Origin: Armatimonadota bacterium | GTDB taxonomy: Bacteria; Armatimonadota; Fimbriimonadia; Fimbriimonadales; GBS-DC | Direction: 5' to 3' | DNA length: 64,000 nucleotides | Assembly (NCBI GenBank): GCA_037444405.1 | Contig: JBBIML010000007.1 | Span: forward strand, 1-64,000 | Part shown: one piece after another, positions 45,446 to 57,083 of the stretch | Layout of the letters: every line of letters begins with the position of its first letter | Position numbering within the stretch: the first letter of the stretch is position 1 | Translations under genes and position numbers: made by a program | Notes under the pieces: model-generated | The model's input: the letters and a program-made list of their open reading frames with translations, nothing else | The model's database searches: none | What the model was told of the DNA's origin: nothing

Positions 45446-46583
45446 TTCTCCAGCCACAGGGTAATGGTCATCGTCTGGTTGTGCAGCTCGCAGCGGGCGG
45501 TGGGGTTGAAGGGGCTGATTTCGCCGTTGGAGTAGAAGCCCATCAGTTGAGTTGAATCGTCCAGTTGACGGCGCACGGCTTCGACCTCCTCGGCGATGAA
45601 GTCGCCCATCAGGAAGTAGCGCCCGATACAGCTGATGAGCAGGGCAACGGGTGGCTGCTGTTCGTGGAGCCTCTGAAGGGCGTACTGTGCCGATTGCTCT
45701 GCGCCGTCCACCAGCTCATCGAATCGGGCGTGCATCAGGCGCACCCAACCGCCTTCCGGCACATCGCCCGCGAAGATGAGCGCGCCCCGCTCCCTGTCGA
45801 TACCCAGCAGGGTGCGGATCAGACCCACAGACTGCTGTTGATGGTCATAGAGCGCTATCGGGAACAGCAGTCCAGTGGCGGGCAGCCCCTCCGCGTCCTT
45901 GCCCAGATACCGCTCATAGAGCGCCAGCGCGGGCTGACCGTCGAACTCATACACGATATTGCTTTTCGTGCGCGTGGCGCACATGAGGGGTCCAAATGGT
46001 TTCCAGCCGCCGATGGCGGCGTGCCCCACACGGAACCGCCTGCCGTAGAAGCCGACCGCAACAGCCGCCTTCGGCAGAACCTGCTCGCCCGCTACAATCA
46101 GCGTCTGCTGGAAGCGATTGCCGTCGTTTGCCAGCCCGCCCGTGATGGGCACATGGGCGCCAACCGCTTCCTGCACACCGCGTGCGAGCGCGGAGCCATT
46201 CACCCCGATGCCGTCCGCAAGCAGCAGCACATAAGCCAGCTCCGAATCCGCCAGCGCGCGTCCCAGCTGCTGACCGACGGCATATGAATCGGTGGTTTCT
46301 GGCACAGGCGCCGAAGCAAGCCGCAGGCGCGTCTGCTCGAACCGCAGGAGCGTGAACACGGGATAGGTATCGATGCCCTGATTCGTGATAGTCACATCGC
46401 TGCTGGCGCCCGTCACGATTGTGCCACCTGCGACCATGCCTTCAACGCCTGCTGAACGGCAGGCTCGCTCATTTGCTGCGCGCTGCCAAACATTAGCAGC
46501 AGGAGACCCGCACATTCGTCTCCTGCGCTGCCGTCCACAGGGGGCAGTGATTCTATGCCACGAAACTGCCGAACCGTTATCAT
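45442..46583 (-). pseudogene. FIST (NosP-like) sensor protein, frameshifted
   Basis: The SD-preceded start at 46583 (MITVRQF) stops at 46413. The FIST body (ITGGLA, GWKPFG, SCIGR, GFYSNGEI, HNQT) continues in another frame. Confidence 0.75.
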
Positions 46584-46714
46584 CTGTGTATTCCCTCCAG
46601 ATGGGTTTTTTTCCACAGGGGTGCGCCTTTTTTACAATCCTCTGGGATCCCACAGTACCCCTGCAGGACACCCATTTCGCGCCTGCGACGGGTATACTTC
46701 GGCAGGAGAGCGTG

Positions 46715-47857
46715 ATGGCGCCCTTTTTCTACGCCAGCCAGCTGGAGCAGTATCAGTTTTCGGAGTCGCACCCGTTGAAGCCGATGCGCCTGCGCCTGAT
46801 GATGGAGCTGATGACGGCGTACGGCATGTTCGAGCAGCTGCGCCTGCTGGAGCCGCCCCTTTCCGACGACGATGCGACGGCGGAGATATTGCGCGTGCAT
46901 ACCGAGCCGTATGTGCAGGTGGTGCAGGCGATCAGCGCGGGCGAGCCAGTGATGGCGATGCACACCTGGGGCTTCTCGCCGTTTGGGGATAACCCGCCCT
47001 TTATGGGCATGTGGGAGGCGTCGCTGGCGTATGTGAAGACAACGATTGCCGCCGCGCGTGCCGTGCGCGACGGCGAGCCGCTGGCGTTCAGCATGGGCGG
47101 GGGACTGCACCACGCGCTGCCTGACCGCGCCAGCGGATTCTGCGTCTTCAACGACCCCGCCATCGCCATCGCCATCCTGCGCGAGCGATTCCAGCGGGTC
47201 GCCTATCTCGATATCGATCTCCATCATGGCGACGGCGTGCAGTGGATTTTCTATCGCGACCCGACGGTGCTGACCGTCTCGATTCACGAAAGCGGGCAGT
47301 GGCTCTTTCCAGGCACGGGCTTCGCGAACGAGCTGGGCGAGGGCGAGGCGTGGGGCACTTCGATCAACATCCCGCTGGCACCCGAAACGGATGACGACCT
47401 CTGGTGGTGGGCGTTCGAGCAGGTTGTGCCGCCCGTTTTTGAGCGGTTCCGACCCAACGCGCTGGTGCTGCAGATGGGCGCCGACCCGCACTATTTAGAC
47501 CCGCTGGGTCATCTGAACCTCACGGCGCAGGGCTGGCTGCGTGCAGTTCAGTGGGCGCGCACGCTGGGGCTGCCGACCGTCGCACTGGGTGGCGGCGGCT
47601 ACAATCTCACCACCGTGCCCCGCATGTGGACGCTGGCGGTCGCCACCTTAGCCGATATCGAACTGCCCGACGAAACGCCCGCTCATTTCAGCTGGCACGA
47701 CCGCATCCCCACCCTCACCGACCACGAGAAGCCGTCCATCGCGCCCGGCGACCGCGACTACGCCCGCCGCTACACCGAACAGCAGGTCGCTTTCCTGCAA
47801 AAAGCCCTCAACAGCGAGCCAATTGGCAGGAATCGGCATGCGGAGCCGCGAACTTAA
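46715..47857 (+). CDS. AcuC/histone-deacetylase family protein
   Basis: HPLKP.R, GGLHHA, SGFCVFND, DIDLHHGDG, GADP..DPLG, GGGGY. Confidence 0.9.
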   Translation: MAPFFYASQLEQYQFSESHPLKPMRLRLMMELMTAYGMFEQLRLLEPPLSDDDATAEILRVHTEPYVQVVQAISAGEPVMAMHTWGFSPFGDNPPFMGMWEASLAYVKTTIAAARAVRDGEPLAFSMGGGLHHALPDRASGFCVFNDPAIAIAILRERFQRVAYLDIDLHHGDGVQWIFYRDPTVLTVSIHESGQWLFPGTGFANELGEGEAWGTSINIPLAPETDDDLWWWAFEQVVPPVFERFRPNALVLQMGADPHYLDPLGHLNLTAQGWLRAVQWARTLGLPTVALGGGGYNLTTVPRMWTLAVATLADIELPDETPAHFSWHDRIPTLTDHEKPSIAPGDRDYARRYTEQQVAFLQKALNSEPIGRNRHAEPRT

Positions 47858-47876
47858 ACCGAACGGAGGGATAGAA

Positions 47877-48116
47877 ATGGCACGCGTAACTTTGCTGATT
47901 GGGCTATCGAACGGGCTGGAAGTGGACTGCCCGATTAATTCGCGCGAGGAAGCCGAGCAGGTGCTGAACCAGCTGCGCAACTCCAATGAGCTGGTTCGGC
48001 TGCCCGGTGTGTGCTATGTGCGCCACTCAGGCTCCACCGAGCTGGGCGCACGCGGAATCGTCGATGTGCATCCAGAGCATGTAACCTACACCCAAATACT
48101 GGGGGTGGAAGATTAG
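47877..48116 (+). CDS. Small hypothetical protein
   Basis: SD GGAGG precedes the ATG; fills the gap in a co-directional run of genes. Confidence 0.55.
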   Translation: MARVTLLIGLSNGLEVDCPINSREEAEQVLNQLRNSNELVRLPGVCYVRHSGSTELGARGIVDVHPEHVTYTQILGVED

Positions 48117-48120
48117 AACG

Positions 48121-49329
48121 ATGGACTTCACACTGAGCGAAGAGCATCTGATGGTGCGCGACACCGTGCGCCGCTTCGTGGAAAACGAGGTCAAGCCCTT
48201 CATTCGCGAGTGGGATCGGCACGGTGCCGACCCCAAAGTGTATGCGCGAATGGCGGAGCTGGGGCTGCTGGGAATCTGCATCCCGCGTCGATGGGGCGGC
48301 GCCGGGCTGGACTATATCAGTCTCGGCATCGCCTGCGAGGAGCTGGAGTATGGCGATACCTTCCTGCGCGTGATTATGTCGGTGCATGTGGGGCTGACCG
48401 CGCTCACGATCCTCTCGTGGGGCACCGAGGAGCAGAAGGAGCGGTTCCTGCGCCCGCAGGCGACGGGGCAGCGGCTGGGCGCCTTCTGCCTCACCGAGCC
48501 GAACGCGGGCAGCGATGTCGCCGGCATGCAATCCATCGCCCGACGCGAGGGCGATCACTACATTCTCAACGGCGAGAAAATCTGGATTTCGCTGGCGGAG
48601 GTCGCCGACCAGTACCTGGTGGTCGCCTGGACCGATCTGGAGAAGAAGGCGCGGCGGGATCATTCGGGCATGAGCGCGTTCATCGTAGAGCGCGAGCGCG
48701 ATGGCGTGAAGCCCTACACCCTGCACGGCAAGCTGGGCGTGCGCGCGGGCAACACGGGCGGCGTCGTGTTCGAAAATGTCGCCGTGCCCGTCGAGAACCG
48801 CCTCGGCGAGGAGGGCGAGGGCTTCAAAATCGCCATGTTCGCGCTCGATCAGGGGCGCTACACCGTCGCGGCAGGCTCCGCCGGGCTGATCCGCGCCTGC
48901 CTCGACGAATCGGTGCGCTACGCCCGCGAGCGCAAAACCTTCGGCAAGCCCCTCGCCGAGCATCAGCTCATCAAACAGAAAATCGCGCAGATGGCTGCCG
49001 ACTACGAGATCAGCGTGCTGCTGTATCAGAAGGTCGGCTGGATGAAAAATCGGGGTCTGCGCAACACGCGGGAGACCTCGCTGGCGAAATGGTACGCGAC
49101 GGAGGCGGCGCAGCGGGCGGCGAACGCCGCCGTGCAGATTTTCGGTTCCTACGGCTTCTCCGACGAGTACCCGGTGGAGCGCTTCTACCGCAACAGCAAG
49201 GGTGCCACCATCTACGAGGGCACCTCCGAGATTCATACCCTGCTCCAGGCAGACTACGCGCTGGGCTACCGCGTCGATAAGCCGTTGCGGGTCAATCTCC
49301 CGCCCTATCCGTTTGCTGAGGATCAGTGA
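48121..49329 (+). CDS. Acyl-CoA dehydrogenase (glutaryl-CoA-DH-like clade)
   Basis: [36 protein letters not shown]. Confidence 0.9.
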   Translation: MDFTLSEEHLMVRDTVRRFVENEVKPFIREWDRHGADPKVYARMAELGLLGICIPRRWGGAGLDYISLGIACEELEYGDTFLRVIMSVHVGLTALTILSWGTEEQKERFLRPQATGQRLGAFCLTEPNAGSDVAGMQSIARREGDHYILNGEKIWISLAEVADQYLVVAWTDLEKKARRDHSGMSAFIVERERDGVKPYTLHGKLGVRAGNTGGVVFENVAVPVENRLGEEGEGFKIAMFALDQGRYTVAAGSAGLIRACLDESVRYARERKTFGKPLAEHQLIKQKIAQMAADYEISVLLYQKVGWMKNRGLRNTRETSLAKWYATEAAQRAANAAVQIFGSYGFSDEYPVERFYRNSKGATIYEGTSEIHTLLQADYALGYRVDKPLRVNLPPYPFAEDQ

Positions 49330-49342
49330 AAGCGTGCACGCG

Positions 49343-49423
49343 CCGAAAAATAAGAAACCGCCCTGAAGGGTGAGCCTTCAGGGCGGTTGGGTTATCATTC
49401 GGGCACCGACCTATCTTCCCGCT
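49343..49423. repeat. 81-bp direct repeat, copy 1 (rrn terminator plus last 26 nt of 5S rRNA)
   Basis: Identical to 57084-57164. Confidence 0.92.
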
Positions 49424-49671
49424 TTATGGGAGTGTCGAGGCGTCGTGGGAGGCAGTGATTACAGGTTCGAAGCAGCTGGGAGGCAAGGAGTTGAAAATCT
49501 AATGCAAAGACACTTAGCGCGACGAACCAGTTTGCGGAAATTGGGGCGCCTTTGTGGAGACTCCGATTCTGGAAAGGCGGCTATGCTGGAAAGCTGAGTT
49601 AAGTGCCTCTATGACCGAGCAAGTCGAGGTATAATTGTGTCAACAAGCCCAATTCTGGTGGGGATGCACCA

Positions 49672-50712
49672 ATGATTTGTAAGTGGTGTGGACTGGAGAC
49701 AACAAACTCGCAGGTCTGCGATTGGTGTAAGCGGCATCCGCTGGGTGAGAACCCTGCACTTACTCTGCAGCGTGAAGCCGCTCTCGCACGCAGGCAGCGC
49801 GAAGCACTTGTCCAAGAATTGCTCCCCAGAATTGAGCAACTGCTCGACGCTTATGCTTCCGATGGCTTGCTTACTTTTGAGGAGGAAGATCAGATTATAG
49901 CGATTGTTCAACAGTACAACCTGACTGCCCAAGAGCTTAGCCCGATTCTCCCTAAATGGAACAAACTGCGGTTGCTTCGAAGCATCTTCTTTGGCAACTT
50001 GCCGCAGCAAACCGAAAATGTACCTGTTTTCCTCAAAACTGGAGAGATATGCCACTGGATTACCCCCACGACGCTCTATGAAGAGCGTACACGGCGTGCC
50101 TACTATGGCGGTGGACCCGGCATAAGTATCCGGTTGGGTAAGGGGGTAAGGTTATGCCTTAGCGGGGGCTACCGCACTTCCATCCCGATCTATGAGGTGG
50201 CTGAGCTTGATAGCGGAACATTGGTAATCACCTCTGAGCGACTGGCTTTTCTGGGTTCGCGGCGTACTTTGGAGAAGCCGTTGAAAAAGATTGTTTCTGT
50301 ACTGCCCTACTCGGACGGGGTTCAGGTTCATTTCTCGAACCGCCAGAAGGCAGCATGTTTCAAGGTGGACGATGCTGACTTAGTGGCAGCAATCCTCTAT
50401 CAAGCCTGCCAGTTCCTTGATATGCCGCGCGCGTTCAGGCTCACTGTGCTCTTTACAGGCGGCATGTCTCAGGATGTTGTCGTGCCCAGCCAAGGACTCA
50501 CTATTGGGAGAGAGCGTGAAAATGACCTTGTGATTAACGAACCCGCTGTCAGTAGACACCATGCTCGGATTGCAATAGAGAAAAATCAACTGGTGTTATA
50601 CGACCTCAACAGCACTAACGGCTCGTTTGTAAACGGCAAGCGTATAACGAAAGCGGTGTTGCAACCTGGTGATGTGGTGCAGATAGGGAGCGCGCTCATC
50701 AAAGTGAAGTAG
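49672..50712 (+). CDS. Zinc-ribbon / unknown central domain / FHA domain protein
   Basis: N-terminal CxxC..CxxC; C-terminal FHA (IGR, VSRHHA, DLNSTNGSFVNG, GD). Confidence 0.75.
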   Translation: MICKWCGLETTNSQVCDWCKRHPLGENPALTLQREAALARRQREALVQELLPRIEQLLDAYASDGLLTFEEEDQIIAIVQQYNLTAQELSPILPKWNKLRLLRSIFFGNLPQQTENVPVFLKTGEICHWITPTTLYEERTRRAYYGGGPGISIRLGKGVRLCLSGGYRTSIPIYEVAELDSGTLVITSERLAFLGSRRTLEKPLKKIVSVLPYSDGVQVHFSNRQKAACFKVDDADLVAAILYQACQFLDMPRAFRLTVLFTGGMSQDVVVPSQGLTIGRERENDLVINEPAVSRHHARIAIEKNQLVLYDLNSTNGSFVNGKRITKAVLQPGDVVQIGSALIKVK

Positions 50713-50759
50713 CCTCTGATGCCATAGCGGTTGAGTGCAACCAGCGCCCACCAGATTTA

Positions 50760-53700
50760 CTATTTTATCGCACTTAGCTTATCCAGCAACTTCTGGATGT
50801 AGTCCGCTTTCTCCATGAAGAGGATATGGTGTGCTTCAAACTCCTCTTTGGAATGCTTCCCTGTGCCAAAAGTGCGCTGAATCTCCTTGAAGGGGCTGGT
50901 GGAGAGGATGAACGAGGTCAGGAATACACGCTTGCCATCCGTTGGGGGCAGATTCGTGCCCATCCCCTCCAGCTCCTGATGGAGGCGAATCTTGGGGTCG
51001 TTGAAGCCGCCCCGCGCCATGCGCAACCCATGGGGGTCGATGAAGGCAATCCGTTGAGAGCGGTCGTCAACAACCCACAGGATGAAGTCGGGATAGAACG
51101 CTTCGCCGTGTCGCGAGTCGAAAAAGCCGATGCCCTTGCCTCGCGTCAGATTCCGCAACAGAAAAATTTGTTTTCCGTTGAAGCAGCGCGCGTTTTTCTG
51201 CAGATAGTCGCGCAGGTCGCGCACAAACTGCGCCTCGTTTGCGTCCAGTCCTGGGGGCGTCATGGAGTCGATTCGCTCGTCTGCCAGCAAGAGTGGGAGA
51301 TAGAGATGCCTGTCAAAGTGGATATGCGGAAAGTCCTGCGCCTCTTGCTGGTAGAGCCGATCCGCCTGATTCAGAAGCTCCTGAATGCGCTCCAGAAACT
51401 CCTGACGGGTTTTCGCAATCCTGAGCGTATATTGCGGTGGGGCGCTCCAGCAAAGGTTGGGGTCGTCATCAGTAAGCGGGGCGAGCTCCAGGTTCTGGCG
51501 CTCCCACTCGCGGCGTTTGCGGTCGTAAAAAGCGGCGAGATACTTTTTCAGCACGCTGAGAGCGATTTCCTCCACACGGCGCAGGTCGGCGAACTGTTTC
51601 GGATTCAGCATCCCCCCAGGGCAGAGAAGCGTATAGTTGCCCGTTTCCAGAATCTCACACAGGGTCGCCTGAGTGAAACTGAGATTGGGCATGCCTTTCA
51701 GCCGACGGAATTCTAACATTTCCAGATAGATGCGCTCCCAATTGAGCAGGGGCGCCAGTTTTTTGAGCGTGTCCGCCTGATTCGCGCCGCCCGCGCGTTC
51801 TATGCGCTCGCTCTCCTGCCCCGACTGCAGGCTCTCGATGCGCGGGCGCAGGTCAAGGCTCACCGTGAGGGATTCGTCGCACGCCAGCACCACGATGCAA
51901 TCGTCCTCGAAGCGTTTTCCCCTGGGCAGGCGCGGCGCATGGAGATTGTGTTTGAGAAAGTCGGTCTGTACCTGAACGGGAATGCGAACCTCCTCAAAAT
52001 CGGTTTCAATCCCCTCCTGTTTGAGGTATTCACGGAACTGCGCCATATAGTTGGCGCGGACGCCGAACACATTCAGCGTCTCCAGCAGGTGAATGTTGCG
52101 CGGGGCGTCGGCGGCGTTCAGCGCCTGACTGCGTTTGAGCGAGCGGTCTTTGCCCCACAGGCGAACCCCGCGCCCAAAGAGCTGGATAATCTGCGAACCC
52201 TCGCCCTTGCCGATGTTCATCAGCCCCATGCTGGACACACGAAAGCTATCCCATCCCTCCATGAACTTGCGCGAGCCAATCAGAATGTTCACAGGCGAAT
52301 CGGGGTCGTTGATGCGTTCGAACAACGAGCGAGCGATGTTCTCTTCTGTGCAGGCAATCCCCTGAGCAGCGATTCGCTTCTTTAGCCCCGCCACATCGCC
52401 GATGTTAATCACGCCGAAGTAGATCTCTCCTGCCCGCAAGCCAATCTCGCCGGGGGCGTTTTTCAGCTCCACCGCTTGCAGGGCGTTGCCCGCCTGGGCA
52501 TGGAACACGCTCTGCAGGATGGCGTCGTAAATCGCATGTCCGTCGGCGCGATACTTCCTGCGCAGGGCGGGAAACCGATTTTGGAACAGGTCGTTGCCGC
52601 TGTTGTCTTTGAGTCCCGACTGCCCGCTGAGGAGATGCACGATTTTCTGGCTCCACTTCTCCCTGTCGCTCAAGAAACGGTGCAAGAATCCCACTATCTC
52701 CTGCACATCGGTCAGGCTCTGTTTATCGTCGCCTGTGTTGCCCCCGTAACGCTGTGCCCGACAAACACCCACAGGGGCTTCTCCACATTAGACGGTCGCA
52801 ACGCCTCGTGGTTCTCGCTGTAGACCATCAACTGCTCGTAAAACGAAAGTAGGTTGCCCAACAGCATCCAATCGTTGAAGGCGTTGTCGGTCGTGCTGGA
52901 CAGGTTGAGAATATAGTAATCTTTGCCATAGCCGTCGTGGTAGAAGTGGGGGTACGAGTAGTCGAACAGGACGGCTTTCGCGTATTCGTTGAGCAGGTCG
53001 CGGCGTTTATTCGGAGCGGCGCCGTTGACAATCTGTCCGAAGGTGGCGCTGTATTCGAAGGTGAAGCCGTTTCGGGCGAGCTTCTCGCGCAGGGAGCGCC
53101 ACACCTCGCCGCTGGCGCCCCGATGCCCCTCGTCCACCAGCAGGAGGTTGTTCGAGCCGAACGATTCCACTGCCACGCTCAGCCCGCCGCCGCGCTTGCT
53201 CTCGGTTAGCTTGGTAATCTCTATCACCCGCACGATGGGCGCGTCGTTTGAGACTCCGAAAAGCCCGCCCTCGGACTCGCTATGATGGCGCGCCGCAATC
53301 CCGCTCTTGCGAAACTCCTCCAGATGCTGGCGCGAAAGCCCCTCGTTCGGCGTAATCAACAGGATGTTATCGTGCGCGACTCTGCCCGCGCTGTAGTGCA
53401 GGTACTGCCACAGGTTGAGATGCATCACCAGCGTCTTACCGCTGCCCGTCGCCATCCAGAAGGCGAGCTTGGTGAGGTCGTTTTCGATGAAGGGGTCTAT
53501 CTCGCGCCAGCCGTTTTCATCCAGAAACCTGTTCAGTGCGTCGAGCAGGGCGTCCCGCTCGTTGAAAAACCTGTCCAGATAGATTTCGGTGAACAGCGCG
53601 GCGAGGTACTGGAAATATTTGAGTTGCACAGGGGGCGTGCGCGTGCGGTTCATTCGCTCCAGGTGCGCTTTGATGTTCAGGTCGTACTGCGCCAGTTTGT

Positions 53701-53929
53701 CTTCGGGGATTGGGGCGTCCTGAATGCCGCGCAGGGCGTAAAAGAAGTGGCTGTGCCCCTCTTCGGTCCAGCCTTCCTGCAGGTCGTGCAATTTCTCGCG
53801 CAGGGTTTTGAAGTCGTCAGCCCCCAGCAGGCGACACAGATAGCGGTTCAGAGCCAGCCTGTGCTGGAGCAGAGGCGTGGAACCTGACTGCCCCACTTTG
53901 CGAGATACCTGCGTCGTCCGCCCAGCCAT
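50760..53929 (-). pseudogene. res: Type III restriction subunit (Res), split by a frameshift at ~52741-52745
   Basis: 5' part has MATGSGKT, VDEGH and YSATF. 3' part has KFMEGWD, QLFGRGVR and FYPDF..IDPHG nuclease motif. Adding one G to a G5 run joins the two frames. Confidence 0.82.
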
Positions 53930-53981
53930 CGCGCTCGTGGTCTGATTATACCTGTCGGGGCGCGGAAAAACGCTCCCGCGC

Positions 53982-56900
53982 TTATTGCGCAGTGCCCCCA
54001 AACATCAACCGTTTGAACTCTGGCTCTATCGGCTGGGCGGTCTCTACGGCGCAGACGCCGTTCACATAGAGCTGGTCGGGGCGCACGCCCTCGCCCAGAA
54101 GCGCGGGCAGGATGGTTTTCTCAATATAGTCTTTATCCGCCTTCAGAGCGGCTTCGTTCTCCCTCAGTTCCTTCAGCGGGCGCCACACGACCACAATCCG
54201 CCTGCCCCCCTTCTCGCCCAGCACGGCGCGATAGGGACGACCGCCGTTTTCAAACGCCCGCATGCGCCTGACCTCCAGCCCCAGCAGGTAGTTGAAGGTC
54301 TCCACCAGGTCCACGGGGTGTTCCACCAGCGCGTCGCCCTGATAAACTTTCAGTTTGTATTCAAACGGCTCCTCGAACTGCTCTATATCGAGCAGGCTGG
54401 GGCTGCCCTGCGTTTCGAACTCCAGCATATAGCGCAGGAGATACTCATCGCCGAAGGTTTCGAAGGCTTGCTGTCCCTCCTGCTGACGGCGCAGCTCGAG
54501 GTTGTTGAGCGCGTCTTCGTAGGATTCGAGGCGCAGGACTTTGAGGATTCGGGGCGTGCGCTCGATTTCTTCCTGCGTAGGCAGGCGTTTGGGCTTGCCG
54601 TCTTTCCATTCGGGCGCAAACACCACCTTTTTGAGGCGGGCAACCAGCACCGAATCGAAGTAGTCGCCCATCTCCACCAGAATGAACTTGCGCCGCCCGC
54701 CGTCCGCGCGATTGAGATTAATCACCGCGTGCCCCGTCGTGCCAGAGCCTGCGAAGAAGTCGAGGACTGTGGAAAGTGGAGTATTCCATGTTATCAACTC
54801 AACGAGGTGCGAGATAAGTTCAACGGGTTTTGGCGTTCCATAGCTCTTCTCTCCGAACAGCGCCTTGAATGCTTTTGTGCCATCTGCAGAAGTACCCACA
54901 TCACTGAGTAAATTGCCAGGTATCGAGGTCAGTCTCTGCCCCATGCGTATTTTTCGATATACAGTGATTTCACCAGTTTCAGGATCACGAACAAAGTCAA
55001 GATCGCCTTCTTCAAGCATCTTTTTGACCTCTTCTCGCCCGTACCGCCACCTGCCTTCGGAGCCGTCAGGGAGCTTTGGATAAGCATCTCCAAAGGGTGT
55101 CGGAATAGGAAAGTATAAGCTAGGGCGATCTTCGCGGCGTGCCCCTTGTTCTCCCCACTGTCGCAATAACTCTCGCCTGTAAGGGCCTTTCTCATCTTGA
55201 TACGGGCAATTTTCTACGATGCGCTCGGTAGGTTTCAAACCCAGCAAGCTCTCATTTTTGGCTACAAGTTCCACATGCTCGTGGCTAACCTGTATCTTGG
55301 TTCCTGTGCCCCCCTTGCCAGCCCGACTTATCCATACCATCGGTGCAACATAGTTTTGTGCGCCGAAAACATATTCGAGCAGCAGGCGGAGCCGTGGTTG
55401 TTCATTCTCATCTATGTTGATAAAGATTGATCCATCTTCTTCCAAACATTCTCGCGCCAGCGCCAGCCTGTCTGCCATCATGCTGAGCCAGCTGGAGTGC
55501 TGGTAGGCGTCTTTGTATATGAAGTCGTCGCTCCCCGTGTTGTACGGCGGGTCTATATAGATGCACTTGATGCGCTCGCGGTACTTTTCCAGCAGCAGGT
55601 TCAGCGCCTGAAAGTTTTCGCTGTGAATCAGCACGCCGTCAATCGCGTCATCCAGGTCGTCAAACGCTTCCAGCAAGCGCCATTTGAAGTCTTCCGAGAA
55701 GTGGCGGGTGTCCACCACGAGCGTCGGGTGCTGGCGGAGGAAGTCGTGGCTGATTCCCCCGTTGAAGGGGCCCTCATTGCGCAGGAGGTCGTCCAGCGCG
55801 TACAGCTCGCGCCACTCGTTGATTTGCGCCTCGTTTTGCAGAATCTCATCCCAGAAGCATCCAGGAATCTGCCCAATCGTGATGCAGTAGTCTGTGCGCA
55901 GGATGAATTTCTTCTTCTCGAACAGCTTTTTCTGAAACTCTTCAATCTGGGCGAGGAAGTCGATGATATGGTTGCCGATTTCTCGCATCACGCGCCCGCG
56001 CTGGAGGTGTTGCTGGGCGAGCTGGGCGTCGGGGGCGTTCAGCAGTTCGTCTAACCGCAGGCACTCGCTTTTGATGTAGAACTCCAGCTCACGCTGGAGG
56101 AAGCCGCGCAGGTCTTTGTGAATGAAAAAGTCGCTGGTGTTGCGTCGGGTGAAGCGGGTGAGGTGTTTGAGCAATCGTGCTGGTTCGCCGTCGCGTTCCG
56201 CCTGTTGCAGGAGCGCGCGTAGCGTTGGGTCGGGAACCTGCTCTATAATCGTGCGCGCTATCTCCTCGTTGAGTTTCTCCTGCGGCTTTTGTTGTTCGGT
56301 GCTGCCATAGATTTTTTGCTCGTCTTCCGTGAGCGGGCGGTACTCGAAAAAGCAGGTGAGGGTGTTGGTACTGGCATTCCAGACGACGGGCTGTTTGCTT
56401 GCAAGGATGAAGTAGCGTTTCTCGCCGCGGTTGTTGTTCTGCTCGGTGGAGGCGTTGCGCAGTTCGAAGGCAACCGAGTAGCCGTTGCAGAGGAAGCGGT
56501 AGTTTTTGAGGCGTTCGCCCGTTTTGATGTAATACTGGTCTTTCGTTGCCCAGTGGAGCATCACCTCTTCGCCGTTGTAGGGGACGGCGTAGGTTTCGTG
56601 GCGTCCGTAGCGGCGTTTGGAAATAAAGTCGCCGTCTTCGTAGTAGCGTGCGAAGAAGTTGTAGAGGTCGTTGTAGACGCGGATTTTGAGGTCTTCGCTG
56701 ACCTGGTACTGGGCGCGTTGTTCCAGCAGGAGTGTGTATTGCTGACCCAGTTTCGTATTGTGGTAGTTGCGCAGGTTGCCCTGCTCGTCGAGGGCGTGTT
56801 CGCCGAAAACCTTGCGGATTTCCTCTCTGGCGTTCTGGAGTTCCTGTTCCAGTCTATTGCGTTCTGTTTCGGCGTAGGAGGCGAACGCCTCGTCGACAAT

Positions 56901-57044
56901 CTGGGGCAGGCGCTGGGTGATGAACTGTTCGATCTGCTCGCGTTTGTAGTTGAGGATGCGGTAGATGCCGAAGTCCAGCTCGGCGCCATCGAACTGGAAC
57001 AGTCGGCGCAGCAGTTCCTGAAATCTGCTCAGGGCGTTTTCCAT
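53982..57044 (-). CDS. mod: Type III restriction-modification methyltransferase (Mod)
   Basis: YIDPPYNTG, central target-recognition domain, LDFFAGSGTT (beta class). SD precedes MENALS. Confidence 0.9.
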   Translation of the reverse strand: MENALSRFQELLRRLFQFDGAELDFGIYRILNYKREQIEQFITQRLPQIVDEAFASYAETERNRLEQELQNAREEIRKVFGEHALDEQGNLRNYHNTKLGQQYTLLLEQRAQYQVSEDLKIRVYNDLYNFFARYYEDGDFISKRRYGRHETYAVPYNGEEVMLHWATKDQYYIKTGERLKNYRFLCNGYSVAFELRNASTEQNNNRGEKRYFILASKQPVVWNASTNTLTCFFEYRPLTEDEQKIYGSTEQQKPQEKLNEEIARTIIEQVPDPTLRALLQQAERDGEPARLLKHLTRFTRRNTSDFFIHKDLRGFLQRELEFYIKSECLRLDELLNAPDAQLAQQHLQRGRVMREIGNHIIDFLAQIEEFQKKLFEKKKFILRTDYCITIGQIPGCFWDEILQNEAQINEWRELYALDDLLRNEGPFNGGISHDFLRQHPTLVVDTRHFSEDFKWRLLEAFDDLDDAIDGVLIHSENFQALNLLLEKYRERIKCIYIDPPYNTGSDDFIYKDAYQHSSWLSMMADRLALARECLEEDGSIFINIDENEQPRLRLLLEYVFGAQNYVAPMVWISRAGKGGTGTKIQVSHEHVELVAKNESLLGLKPTERIVENCPYQDEKGPYRRELLRQWGEQGARREDRPSLYFPIPTPFGDAYPKLPDGSEGRWRYGREEVKKMLEEGDLDFVRDPETGEITVYRKIRMGQRLTSIPGNLLSDVGTSADGTKAFKALFGEKSYGTPKPVELISHLVELITWNTPLSTVLDFFAGSGTTGHAVINLNRADGGRRKFILVEMGDYFDSVLVARLKKVVFAPEWKDGKPKRLPTQEEIERTPRILKVLRLESYEDALNNLELRRQQEGQQAFETFGDEYLLRYMLEFETQGSPSLLDIEQFEEPFEYKLKVYQGDALVEHPVDLVETFNYLLGLEVRRMRAFENGGRPYRAVLGEKGGRRIVVVWRPLKELRENEAALKADKDYIEKTILPALLGEGVRPDQLYVNGVCAVETAQPIEPEFKRLMFGGTAQ

Positions 57045-57083
57045 CGTTGCCTCCTCTCTTTTGATTTTACCTGCGGCGTGCCA

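Noticed and set aside
49424..49670. Possible integrase remnant at the island edge
   Set aside because: No recognisable recombinase or transposase motif in the short ORFs.
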